Shown here in pieces: positions 36,712 through 47,969 of a DNA stretch of 64,000 nucleotides. This stretch comes from Histomonas meleagridis 2922-C6/04-290x (lineage: Eukaryota > Protista > Parabasalia). Position 1 is the first letter of the stretch; every line of letters begins with the position of its first letter. The notes beneath the pieces were generated by a model. The model did not search any database. It saw nothing but the letters and a program-made list of their open reading frames with translations, and was not told where the DNA came from. The stretch lies in contig JAANOX010000244.1 of the NCBI GenBank assembly GCA_020184695.1, forward strand, positions 62,001 to 126,000, in the 5' to 3' direction. A program made the position numbers and the translations under genes.

Positions 36712-36807
36712 CCAAGTAAAACATCTTTAACGTACATTTTGACTTTTTTTATTTTCTTCTAATAAACACAAAAAATTTATCAAAAAAACAAAATCAAAAT
36801 TCTATTT

Positions 36808-39366
36808 TTAGTTTTCATCAACAGGTTCCTGTGGACCACTTTCGATCAAATTCATCAGTTTTTCGTTTCTTCCTTTCTGAGCAATGTCATATGCTGTTTC
36901 TCCTTTGTTATTTTGTGCTTCAACATTTATACCATAAGTTGAGAGTAAGAGTTTAACATTTTTAATATTACCACTTAAAGCAGCGATATGTAATGGTGTC
37001 CAATAAATATCTAAAGAATTCCATCGAAAGAATTTAATGAATATTATCTATTACATTTATATCAAACATATTTAATGAAAGAATTAACTTTACCATTGCA
37101 TTATTAGCAGATTGCAAAGCACAATGAAGAGCATTTCTATAAACAGAAAATTAATTCCGTCATTTGTCTTTTCAATTATATCAATTCCTTCATAATTACA
37201 TAAAAATTGAGCAACATCACAAGATCCTTTTAATACAGAAGAAAGAAAAGGTGTACGAAATTTATAACGCAAATTCCTTTTGAATCTTTTGGATTAAATT
37301 TAGTTCCTTTTAACGATAAAATATAATGAACAACTTCTAAATTGTTTCCTAACGCTGCAAAATGTAAAGCAGTTCTATAAAACATAAAGTAATTCCTTCA
37401 TTATCTGTTTCATTTATATCAAAATTACCTCTTTTTAAAACTGATTTAAATATATCTAATGGACAATTCTTAGCAACTAAATGTAAAAGATTTTGAAGAA
37501 AGAAAAAGAAACATTAAATACACAAAATAAATATTAAACATTAAAAATAAATTTGAGTTTTAAAGTTAATATCAGTTTCTTCAAGAGATATTAAAAATTC
37601 TACAATATCAAAGTTTTCTCTTCCAATAGCTATTAATAAAGGTGTTAAACCAAAACTAAAAAATAAACTTTAAATAAATTATATCAAATCTTATTCGCTT
37701 GATTAACATCTATTCCTTTTAATGATACTAAAAACTCAATAACTTCTTTATAACCAGTTTTAGAAGCGACATGTAAAAGTGTATTTCCATCAACATCTGT
37801 TATATTAATATTTGTTTCTGGAAAAGAACAAAGAAATTGTATAATTTCAAGTTGTCCATTTTTAACTGCATTATGTAAAGGTGTTTCATAAATAATCAAA
37901 AAACTCCATTAAGTTAGATAAAAAAACATTACTTCTTGCATTTACATATGATCCTTCATATGAACATAATACAATAGTAGTTGTTAAATGTCCATTTTTT
38001 GATGCAAGATGAAGTGGCGTTTCAATAAATATAATAAAATTCCATAAAGTTATTAAAACAAATTTTATCTTTTGCATTAAAATTAATATAATCAAATGAA
38101 GACAAGAAAACTATAGACTCATGTGCTCCACATTCAGCTGCTACATGTGCAAGTGTAACAAAAGAAAATGATAAACTTTACTAAAAATTTTAAATAAATT
38201 TTATCTGTCGAGTTTATCTCAAAATCTTCAGGAATTAGAACTTTTAAATAATTAATTGCGGAAAATCGTATAGCATTTTTTAAAACATAACTAAAAAATA
38301 AAAATAAATACCAAAAATTTCAAAAAAACTTTGGAAAAATTAAATTAATGATTTTGTTAATATCAAATGATTTATATTTTTTCATGTATAATTTAAATGC
38401 TTCAAAGTTATTATATACAATGCAATTATTTAAACAAGAAAAATTTAACTTTTGCCTATGATTTTTTTGTAATAAATTCATTATATCATATTGATGATAT
38501 TTAATTGATGTTTCTAATGAATCATCAAATGATATTTTATTCTTTAAACATAATTGAACCATATCTACATTTCCTCCAGCAATTGCAAATAAAATTAAAT
38601 GTTTTGGTAGATATTCTAATTTTTTAACAAGGAATTTAAAACATTTAAATGAACCATAAAATGCTGCATATTCAATAAGTGTGGGGTTTTTATCGGTAAC
38701 CGTTCCGATAAACATTTCATTTATTTTTAAACGTATAAATTCTGTGAATTTTAATTTAGAATCAGTTATTATCTTTTCCATAAGAGAAACATTATCTTCA
38801 CGAATAGCAGCAGCTATAGGTTCTTTGTTCATCCTTAATGTTCTTTCTTCTGGTTCAACAGATCCAAATATCCTTACATTTATTTTTGGTTGATTTGGTC
38901 CTCCCTTTTTTGGCTTTACAACTATTGTAGATAATGTTTTAGAATGATTTCTGAAGAAAAATGGGTCAAATTCTTTAAGTTCATCTCTAAAATATGTTGA
39001 TAAATCTTTATCATAAGGTGCACGCTCCCAAATCTTCTTTATAGTAATTAAGTTATTTTGAAGAAGTTGAAGGAGAAAATAATACACTTTTCTTTGTTGC
39101 AATTGATTCATAAGAAAATCGTAATCTAATCCATTTTTAAAATTTGAATTAATTAATTTCAATAAATTAACTAATAAATCTATTGTTTTATATCTAATTT
39201 CGGAAACAATTGAAATATTTAATAATAGATCTTCTTGTGGAATTTCTATTGATTTGATATAAGAAACAAGTTCTTCAAGTGATTCTTCAGATATGTTAAG
39301 TATTTTTTGTAGTAGTTGATTTGAAAATAAAAAATTTTGATTCATGGATTTCATTCTTTCATCCAT
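36808..39366 (-). CDS. DUF3447-type plus ankyrin-repeat protein; frame restored by removing 19 spacers (18 x 17 nt, 1 x 18 nt), giving 744 aa
   Basis: ORF 38320-39444 (likely ATG 39366; IEYAAFYGSFKCFKFL motif) continues through ankyrin cores to TAA at 36808-36810. 2559 minus 324 = 2235 nt, divisible by 3, and no internal stops in manual translation. Confidence 0.82.
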
Positions 39367-39701
39367 TTTCGAATGGCCGTTTTTTTTTAAAATCTTGGTC
39401 GACCAAAAGCATTTTATCGCATTAATCATAAAATTCATCATCAAAGCTAATTAATCATCATTACATACTATGTTTTGAACATAAAGATAGATTTTTTTAA
39501 TTAATGCATAAACATAAATTTTATTAATAATCTTTTTTAATTTTCATCCAAACTTTATTATCAAGTTAAAGTTTGTTTTTATTTTATTCGTTCATTTACC
39601 TTTTAAAAGATTAATCATTTCTCTAAGTCTTGAAACAACTTAGATGAAAACCAATTTTCAAACAAACATTCACAATATTTGACTCATCAAACGTTAAAAT
39701 A

Positions 39702-39977
39702 ATGAACCAAGTTGTTGGCGCTCCAACTACGATGTCAATTGAAGTTCCTTCTGATATCAAATTGAAATCAAAAACCCCTGAATTGCTTGATTTGATGGGT
39801 GCACTTGAACGGTTACCAGATGATGAATTTATTGATTCAGCAAAAATGGTTGCAAATCTAGTGTTTATACTTGAACCGGAACGAAGGAAAAAAATCCAAG
39901 AAGTCAGTTCACTTGAAAAAGAATTACAAGAATACAAAGATCTGTTAAAGTCAATTTTAGAAATTGCAGAAGAATAA
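39702..39977 (+). CDS. Small helical hypothetical protein (weak resemblance to a BET extra-terminal domain)
   Basis: 91-aa ATG-initiated ORF with normal codon usage and its own intergenic flanks. Confidence 0.55.
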   Translation: MNQVVGAPTTMSIEVPSDIKLKSKTPELLDLMGALERLPDDEFIDSAKMVANLVFILEPERRKKIQEVSSLEKELQEYKDLLKSILEIAEE

Positions 39978-40108
39978 CTGTAACTACACAACACAACTTA
40001 ACAATGTTTCATAAAAAAATCTTTTTACGTTTCTTGAAAAAAAAAAAAAAAAAATCGAAATTAATTTTTATTAACATTTTTTTTTGTATGTTTGTACAAA
40101 TAAATTTT

Positions 40109-43100
40109 TTACACATGGAAATCCGCTGGTACAATGTTTTCTTTTTTAGGTGGAGGTGGAGGAGAAACTAAGAACGTTGTCACTTTTCCATGCTTCACTT
40201 CAACTTCACCCCTTTCTTTGATGTCAAAATCTCCGTCATAAATCAAATCGCAAACAGATTTTGCGATGTGCACCATCATTGGCACGCCTGTGTGTTCCAT
40301 TTGTTGTGCCATATTAATAGCTGGCCCTAATATTTCGAAAGTTGGTCTATCGATACCAAGTACTCCAGCTATGATAGGACCTCCAGTATTAATACCGACT
40401 CTCATTCTTAAGTTTTGATTTAATTTAACATTCAAAGCTAAAAGAGCATTAATTGAATCAATGCCAAACTTCACCATTTCAGTTGCAGCGATTTTAGGTG
40501 GATTATTATCAAAGATACCACCTGCAGCCATATAACAATCACCAATACATTTGATTTTAGTCAACGTTGAATACTTATTTAAAGCTATATCATAAACTCT
40601 AAACATTTGATTCAAAGTTGACATTACTTGAGCAGCTTGTAATGAAGCGCACCAAGGAGTAAACTCACATATATCCATAAACAAAATTGTAGCAGTTTGA
40701 ACGGAGAATGAAATTTCGGATTTACCATTTTTCAAATCTTCTACAATTGACGAAGGTAATATTTGTCTTAATAAGTCATCACTTCTTTTCATTTCTTCTT
40801 GTAATAATTTTTCCATTCGAATTGTTTGAGTTTGATTTGAAGATACTAAAATGAAATAATTAATTTTAGTATTAGAATTTAATATACCATTAATTACACC
40901 ATTATCACCAATTGCTATTAATTTTAATTGTATATTTAATATTGAATCATTTTTAACTATTTCGATTGGTTGAATTATAGTTAAAGGTCTTTTTCCATTT
41001 ATAGCATTTTGATATTTTTCTTTAAATGAATTAAATCCGATATTATTAGCAGAAGGATTTATCATTTCGAAGAATGATTTCCCTATGAATTGTTCCGAAT
41101 TATCATATATCATTTTAGTTGAAGGGTTAATTTTAGTTATTATCATATCTTTATTTAAGAATATAACTGATTCGATTAATCGTTCAATAACACTTTCATA
41201 AAACATTGTTGATTGTTCAATAGATTTCATATTTTGTTTCATATTAAAATCACCTGAAATTAATTTGACTAAATTTGGTGATGAAACGATTATTTCTGGA
41301 GGACAATGAATTAACATTTGGATTAACCATAAAAGTCTTTTCTTTAATGAAATTAAATATATTATAAATGCAATATATTCGAATATTATAAATATATCAA
41401 ACACTAATAATATTATAATATTATAATTATATTTTTCATCAACAATAGTCTTTAAATCAGAATATAAAAATGTAGCTGATGGCCATATTGATGAACTATA
41501 AAAGTATTGTAATATATAATTAACTTTACTAACAATTATTGTTTCTGTTAATGATAATAAATCAGATCTAACAATTGAAATTAAATCATTTAAAATGATT
41601 TCTAAAAATAAATAATTATCTTCTGATGAAAAACATTGATAAAAATTATCGAAATCAGTCGAATCACAATCATTTGTATAAAAATATTCGGCTGTTAAAC
41701 TTGATAATCGTGTTAATGCTTTAATATTATCTTCATCATTCCCTATTAATATTGTATGTTCTAATTCTAAAATTTCTTGATAAGAACTTGAAATTTCTGT
41801 TAATATTTTTGTTGGGTCATTTCCTATTAAAGTTTTCCCAAATAATAAAAATCCATATTGTAATACATAATTAAACATATAAATTGATTCCGAATAAATT
41901 TTAGATAATAAGTTTGGATAAGGTGCATCAACATTTATTACATCTAAAATTTCATTCATTGAAGAATATGATAAATATTCTTGTAACATTAAAAGGAAAA
42001 TAGTAATAATACATATGAAAAATACTATAATTATTACAAAGATTGATGATAATGATTGTGTTGAAGTAGATGTAAATATTGAAATCAAATTCTCTTCTTG
42101 TTTATTACGAATTATTTCAACATTTTCTTGGTTCTCTAAATCTTCATCATTTTCTATTTTAGATCGTAATGAAGAAACTATATTTGAAACAATTTGTTTA
42201 GGAATTTTTAAGAAGTTATACATTATAACACTTCTTTGTTTAGTATAATATATAACAAATATTATAAATATTATTATACCACAAAAGAAATCAATACAAG
42301 AACAACATATCAATGAAATTATTAAGAAATTACGAATTGAATTTTCTTTTTCTAATTCATAATTATTAAAATTAATTGCAATATCATTATAAACATTCAT
42401 AATAATATCTCTATGATCAAGTATAGTAATTAAACGATAATCATTAATTACTGTATCGATATCATTAATAGTTATAATATCACTAGCTAATATTGACATG
42501 AATGAAGTTGAACTTTCGATACTTTTATTTACTGGTTCATATATTAATTCATTATTATTATCTATATTTATAGTATTAAATTGTATTGATTGAGAAAATA
42601 AATAATTTGAAATTTTCTCTAAATAGATATTATTTTGATCATAATTATTTAATGATTTTAAATTCGAAATTCGAGTTTCTATTTCACTTGTAATAAAATT
42701 AATTTGATTCGTTATATCATTTGAAGGACCAAATGCTAAAGTATATAATTCATCACCTAAGAAACTATAACCTCGATAAATACTCATAATATTTTGTAAT
42801 ACTAAAAAACTTAAATGTAACATATTCGTACGAATATCATAAGTATAAGTTTCATATTGAAACAATTGCATTAACTTTTGAACTTTATCATTAGGAATTT
42901 GATTTAATAATAAAAACCCTAAAGTTAAACATATTAAAATATAAATAGTAAATGCGACAATAGTAAATGTAATGATTGGTATCTTAACATTTAATAAACT
43001 TTCTCGAATTGTCGAATAAAGTAATCCTTCATTAGTTTCCGACGTTTCGAAGATACTTAAAGAAGTTGAAATTGAACTATTATTATTAATATTATTACTA

Positions 43101-44860
43101 TAAATCGATTTACTATCATCGAAATTAGAATTATTATTTTTTTGGGTTAATGATATAATTAAAGGGAAACATTCATTAGCATAAATTTCATATTTATCTT
43201 CAACAATTCTTTCTCCATTTTTAAGTTTTAAATAATTATTATTCCAATAATTAAATCCGATTTTATCCCCTTTAACTTTTAATAAGAAACGTGCATATAA
43301 ACGAATGATATATTGATTATTCGGATATGTTTGTATCAAATGTAATATTTCATTTTCTGTTTTCATTGTCGAATTTTGTGATGTAATTAAAGCGGATTCC
43401 ATATCTTGTAAGTTCCCTTGAATTATACATTCCCAAAATCTTCGTTGTTCATTCTTAGCTTCATTTGTTAACTTATCGATTTTCTTTAAATTCCTTCTAA
43501 ATGATTGAGTCATAATTTGTTCTCTTTGATGAGTAATCAAACGAATTTTACTACGGAAATATGAAATCATTGATGACTTCTTCTTTAAAATATGAATTTG
43601 TTCTTCAATCCAAACTAAAACTTTTTGCTCAGTCGAAATAGATGCTGCAAATCTTGCCCATAATACAAATAGTTCCAATTTGTTTGGATATTTATTATTT
43701 GCCATTTTCATGAACTCCCAATCAATCATTAATGGATGTCCATAAGTGAATGCAGTTTTCGCTAAGTTTAAAGTTTTAGAGAAACTATTACATATGTTAT
43801 CAAACTCTAAATGATCTTCATTAATTATTTCAAGTTTCATTAATTCTTTAGTTTTCCGAAGATGATTAATACCAAATGATATAAATGGAAATAATAAATC
43901 AATACATATTTCTAATGGAATGAAAAATGATGGAACTGGATGTACTCTAATATCATAACAAAAGTTTAATACCAAACAAATTAATGCTGAAATAGATACA
44001 CCTGAAAAGATAATATAAAGTGTTGACGAAATGAATGAAGTATATATTAATGATATTATTGTTGAACTTAAATAATTTAATATCATTAATATAAATATAA
44101 TATATTTCCCAATGTCATTTAAATATGGATAAATCCCAGAAATAAAGACTTGGAAGCACATGATCAAGATATAATAGATTTGATGCTGATACAAATAACA
44201 ATGTAATGATGTGTTACAAAATTCAACTCGGACACATGATAATGGTAAAATTACAAATGCCCAAATCAAAAATAAAATGAAATAAAGTATGATGAAAACA
44301 ATGGTAATCGTCTTAACATTCGATTCCTGACTAAACGCTAAAAATGATTTGTCTCCTAAAACACTAAAAAAATATCCGTGAATGATAAAACATGGGAAAC
44401 CATAGAATTCGACAAGAAGTCTGGACGAAATACTCGAGAGTGTGCCTTTCCGACAGAATAAGAACATTGTGACGAAAAATAATACGATGAATATTAATTG
44501 GATTATGAAAAAGATGATAATATAGATATACAAACTATTCTGGTTATAAAACGCTGGAGTAAGACGTATTAACATGTTAGTGTACTGTAGGAAATATTCA
44601 ACAAGTTGATCTGTCGGTTGAGTATTTGGACAATTTAATAAATGAGCTGGAAATACCCATAGAACAAGAAACAAACAATTCCCTATGAGTGATAATATCG
44701 GAAGAGGTTTAACGGAGTCATAAAGATAACATCCGAATTGAAACAAATTCCGTTTAAAGCGAATGCCAAGTGGAACCATTAAAACGCCCTGGTACTTGTC
44801 TTCGCTTTTCACCGATGAATAGATAGAGCTGGAATTATTACTCGTACTTAAGCTTGTCAT
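40109..44860 (-). CDS. Transmembrane adenylate/guanylate cyclase (trichomonad TMAC family) with PAS-like domain
   Basis: Multiple TM clusters, a PAS-like segment, and a class III cyclase domain (ATILFMDICEFT, KIKCIGDCYMAAGG, RVGINTGGPIIAGVLG, INMAQQME). Confidence 0.92.
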   Translation of the reverse strand: MTSLSTSNNSSSIYSSVKSEDKYQGVLMVPLGIRFKRNLFQFGCYLYDSVKPLPILSLIGNCLFLVLWVFPAHLLNCPNTQPTDQLVEYFLQYTNMLIRLTPAFYNQNSLYIYIIIFFIIQLIFIVLFFVTMFLFCRKGTLSSISSRLLVEFYGFPCFIIHGYFFSVLGDKSFLAFSQESNVKTITIVFIILYFILFLIWAFVILPLSCVRVEFCNTSLHCYLYQHQIYYILIMCFQVFISGIYPYLNDIGKYIIFILMILNYLSSTIISLIYTSFISSTLYIIFSGVSISALICLVLNFCYDIRVHPVPSFFIPLEICIDLLFPFISFGINHLRKTKELMKLEIINEDHLEFDNICNSFSKTLNLAKTAFTYGHPLMIDWEFMKMANNKYPNKLELFVLWARFAASISTEQKVLVWIEEQIHILKKKSSMISYFRSKIRLITHQREQIMTQSFRRNLKKIDKLTNEAKNEQRRFWECIIQGNLQDMESALITSQNSTMKTENEILHLIQTYPNNQYIIRLYARFLLKVKGDKIGFNYWNNNYLKLKNGERIVEDKYEIYANECFPLIISLTQKNNNSNFDDSKSIYSNNINNNSSISTSLSIFETSETNEGLLYSTIRESLLNVKIPIITFTIVAFTIYILICLTLGFLLLNQIPNDKVQKLMQLFQYETYTYDIRTNMLHLSFLVLQNIMSIYRGYSFLGDELYTLAFGPSNDITNQINFITSEIETRISNLKSLNNYDQNNIYLEKISNYLFSQSIQFNTINIDNNNELIYEPVNKSIESSTSFMSILASDIITINDIDTVINDYRLITILDHRDIIMNVYNDIAINFNNYELEKENSIRNFLIISLICCSCIDFFCGIIIFIIFVIYYTKQRSVIMYNFLKIPKQIVSNIVSSLRSKIENDEDLENQENVEIIRNKQEENLISIFTSTSTQSLSSIFVIIIVFFICIITIFLLMLQEYLSYSSMNEILDVINVDAPYPNLLSKIYSESIYMFNYVLQYGFLLFGKTLIGNDPTKILTEISSSYQEILELEHTILIGNDEDNIKALTRLSSLTAEYFYTNDCDSTDFDNFYQCFSSEDNYLFLEIILNDLISIVRSDLLSLTETIIVSKVNYILQYFYSSSIWPSATFLYSDLKTIVDEKYNYNIIILLVFDIFIIFEYIAFIIYLISLKKRLLWLIQMLIHCPPEIIVSSPNLVKLISGDFNMKQNMKSIEQSTMFYESVIERLIESVIFLNKDMIITKINPSTKMIYDNSEQFIGKSFFEMINPSANNIGFNSFKEKYQNAINGKRPLTIIQPIEIVKNDSILNIQLKLIAIGDNGVINGILNSNTKINYFILVSSNQTQTIRMEKLLQEEMKRSDDLLRQILPSSIVEDLKNGKSEISFSVQTATILFMDICEFTPWCASLQAAQVMSTLNQMFRVYDIALNKYSTLTKIKCIGDCYMAAGGIFDNNPPKIAATEMVKFGIDSINALLALNVKLNQNLRMRVGINTGGPIIAGVLGIDRPTFEILGPAINMAQQMEHTGVPMMVHIAKSVCDLIYDGDFDIKERGEVEVKHGKVTTFLVSPPPPPKKENIVPADFHV

Positions 44861-45169
44861 TGACTTCCTTGGGAATTAGTTATAACGGATATTGGCATCG
44901 ATAAAGTACTCAATTTTCATAGGGATAATAATCCGATTCGTGTGTCGTAAAAAATAACTGACACAAGTGATCGGTTCCTTTTGAAACGCACCCTGAAAAG
45001 GTTGAGAACTGACATTTTTTTGCCAGGTTTTTGAATCGCAACTCAAAAAAACCGAAGATATTGAAAAGTTTATGTAAATTCGTGAAAGACTTCAGCAATT
45101 GACAGTTTTGATCGGCACTGATAGAATTGCATTCAAAAAGTGGAGCAGATACTGTTAAAATCTTGGAAG

Positions 45170-45649
45170 ATGAACTCGATTGGTGCACCACGAATGAATG
45201 CAATTGGATACTCCGTAACTGACGACGGAAGATTCGCTCTCAGAGAGCCTGCGTTAGGATGGTATTTGGTACGAATTACGAAACAATTATCAAAACAAGA
45301 TCTTGACCAACTAAAAGGAAGAGGAATTAACTTTTCAACGTCATCAATGATACAAAGGGGTTGGTATAAGTTATTCCTTACAAAAGAACAAACTCAATTT
45401 GCGTTGTCATTAAATTCCTTCTCTTTGATACCATTTAAAAAAGTTTATACACCGGACTTTAGCAAGCTAAGGCAGCTAACGAGCTTCTTGGTTCAGGCTG
45501 TTCCCGGCTGGAACCCACAGCCGCCTGCAACATCAAGAAATTACATGACAAATGAAATGTTCATTGTGGAAAACGCTTCAGCAGAACAGCTCTACGCAGA
45601 CCCGTACGTGGTGAACGTTTCTGATGTCCCAAAAATTTCACCATGCTGA
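45170..45649 (+). CDS. Short hypothetical protein; possibly an isolated peptidase pro-domain-like fragment
   Basis: ATG at 45170 with coding-like composition. No catalytic domain follows the stop. Confidence 0.4.
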   Translation: MNSIGAPRMNAIGYSVTDDGRFALREPALGWYLVRITKQLSKQDLDQLKGRGINFSTSSMIQRGWYKLFLTKEQTQFALSLNSFSLIPFKKVYTPDFSKLRQLTSFLVQAVPGWNPQPPATSRNYMTNEMFIVENASAEQLYADPYVVNVSDVPKISPC

Positions 45650-46337
45650 CTAAGTTTTCTATTTTTATTTCTAAATTTGAAATTAAAATTTTTTGTATAT
45701 GATAAATGATTAAATGAAATATTAAAAATATGTTCCAAATATGTTCTATTTTCAATTTATTGTCTTGCTAAATTGCTTTCGCGTGATGTTGTTAAATTTA
45801 ATAATTTTTTGTTTTGCAAAAGCGAATTAATCTGTCATCAATAGTAATGTATATATACGTATATTCCATTATACTCGGAAAAAAATGAAATGACATCATA
45901 ATGTATAGAATTGATACATATTGCATTTATATTCATTGTAAAAGGTAAAATGGATATATAAAACTGTCGTTCACAGAAGCTTTTTTCAACCTATAAAAAG
46001 GCATGTATATACATACCAAGTTTATTGAATAAATATGAAATAATATCATTGTATTTCGCTCACAATGCCTTTTTGAAGAATCTGTTGTTTAAAGGCATTT
46101 TATTTTTTTATTTTTTATTTTTTAAAATATTTTTTCCATACCAAACATTTCTTCGTAGTTGTATGAAAGTAGACAGTTTTTCATGGTGTCTTTGTATAAA
46201 TTAAAAAAACATTGAAAAGAGTTTGACATAATCAACATGATAATAACCTTCTGAATATGTTTTCTCATAATTTTATTCACATCTAATTCATTTCCTCATA
46301 AAAAAATACATTTTTATATTTTTTTTTTAACAATATA

Positions 46338-47969
46338 TCATAGCCAATTGTCTTCATCTTCTTTTGCAAGTTCTTCCACTATACTGTCGACATCGTCGTA
46401 CTGCTTTGTCGTTGACGTCGTTGTCTCCTTAAACTGCAGCTTCACGCTCGACTTTTCCTTTCTGTTATTACTTTTCACCAAAAACGTAACAGCTGCGACG
46501 ACAATCAAAACGAATGCGACCGCACCGCAGATTATTCCGATCAGCGCCGCAGTTGTAATTCCGCCCGGTTCATCACTTGGACTCAGATACACGTATGTGA
46601 AGAAGTTCGAATAATAGCTATAATATGTCGAATATACAATGACTGTGTAATTGTAGTATATGAAATTCGTTTCAACATAAGTTAACTCCGAATTACTCAA
46701 ATAATATGAAATCGTTTGAGTGTCAATCGCAGAATACGTCAGCGAATATGAAACAGACAATGAAACAGTTAAAGTAAACGAAAACGTTTGCGATAAATCG
46801 CTGCGAAGTGAAGCAGTGAACGTGTTCGAATGCGAGAACGTGTTCGATTGCGTTGGCATTGGTGCGCAGCCTTCAACAGTGTCTGTGGTTACATATAAAT
46901 TTCCAAAACTTCGATCAATGTAATCCTTCGGTACCATAACTGCTGCAGAAACATTTGCAAATGCATTTACTCCAATGTATGGCTCTTTTGTTCCATAAAA
47001 GTAAATACATTTTAGATTTGGACAGGATGAAAATGCAGAACCTCCAATTTCTTTGACATTTTCTCCAATTATAACATATTCCAAATTATTGCAAAAACAA
47101 AAAGCAGAACCTCCAATTGATGTAACCAAGTTGCCAATGTGAACATACTTCAGCATTGGCCATTCACTGAATTCGCTACTCAAAATTGAAACATTTCCGT
47201 ATATCATAACACAAACAGCTGAATGCGAATATTCGTCTGCATAATCATTTTCGTTGTATATTAAAAGTGTATTATTTTCAGTAATATATATTTGAAATGC
47301 ATTAGTGAAAAATAAAACAAAAAGAAATGAAAAATAATTTGTTTTCATATTATTTGGTTTTAAGATATTTTTAAAGAACAATTTCACATTTAAATATCTT
47401 TTAAAAAAGATAATTAATACACAAAATATTATTAAAAAGTATCTATTATTGATGGAAAGATTTGAGCTTGTAAAGCAATTATGATGTGGATCGTTTTGTG
47501 CATGATAAAAGGGATAATCGGCTTTGGTATGATTTCCATCATCGATAGGAAATAGATTAAAATAATTTGTCTTGGGTCGAAACTTTTGATGTTTTACTAA
47601 TGGCGAATTACAAAAAGAGCTTAAAATAAGTGAATAAAAAAATTTATACATGTCAAAAATATTCAAAAGATAACGAGCAAAAATTCCAATGGTATCGTAT
47701 AAGAAAGCATTAGTGCTGTGATTGCTTCCTTTGGGTGCTGAAAAAGTTTGCGTTTTGTTTTTGCTAATTGATAAAATTGGTAATTTATTGAATTTTTTCA
47801 GCGTATCTGTGCTTTTGTTGGAAAATGTGGAAATGGTAAAAATAGTGTAGCCTATTAAAATGCCATTCATTGTACTTGAAAAATAATGAAGTAAACTCTT
47901 CAAAGGCTGCTGATCCATAAGTATAAGAAAAAACGAAGAAGCTTTTGATAAAAATGAGAAGAAAAACAA
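46338..47969 (-). CDS. BspA-like protein with few LRRs, Ser/Thr stalk, TM helix and a long hydrophobic N-terminal extension
   Basis: IGNLVTSIGGSAFCFCNNL repeats, TM AALIGIICGAVAFVLIVVAAVTFLV, tail EDEDNWL. A signal-like internal start (MKTNYFSFLFVLFF) is at 47348. Confidence 0.8.
   Translation of the reverse strand: MFFFSFLSKASSFFLILMDQQPLKSLLHYFSSTMNGILIGYTIFTISTFSNKSTDTLKKFNKLPILSISKNKTQTFSAPKGSNHSTNAFLYDTIGIFARYLLNIFDMYKFFYSLILSSFCNSPLVKHQKFRPKTNYFNLFPIDDGNHTKADYPFYHAQNDPHHNCFTSSNLSINNRYFLIIFCVLIIFFKRYLNVKLFFKNILKPNNMKTNYFSFLFVLFFTNAFQIYITENNTLLIYNENDYADEYSHSAVCVMIYGNVSILSSEFSEWPMLKYVHIGNLVTSIGGSAFCFCNNLEYVIIGENVKEIGGSAFSSCPNLKCIYFYGTKEPYIGVNAFANVSAAVMVPKDYIDRSFGNLYVTTDTVEGCAPMPTQSNTFSHSNTFTASLRSDLSQTFSFTLTVSLSVSYSLTYSAIDTQTISYYLSNSELTYVETNFIYYNYTVIVYSTYYSYYSNFFTYVYLSPSDEPGGITTAALIGIICGAVAFVLIVVAAVTFLVKSNNRKEKSSVKLQFKETTTSTTKQYDDVDSIVEELAKEDEDNWL

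Noticed and set aside
37904-37927. Minus-strand GTTTTTTTATCTAACTTAATGGAG resembles a short trichomonad intron (GT...TCTAAC...AG)
   Set aside because: Splicing it removes the N-G codons and leads to TGA four codons later, whereas the 17+6+17 parse gives RSNNGETPLH. It may still hint at an evolutionary link to short spliceosomal introns.
26976-38349. Sequencing or assembly error as the cause of the ankyrin frameshifts
   Set aside because: Homopolymer errors give 1-2-nt indels, not dozens of exact 17-nt blocks at the same protein position on both strands, and neighbouring genes are clean.
45650-45760. Possible 17-nt units after the stop of ORF 45170-45649
   Set aside because: I found no parse that restores a recognisable protein; it looks like ordinary AT-rich 3' sequence.
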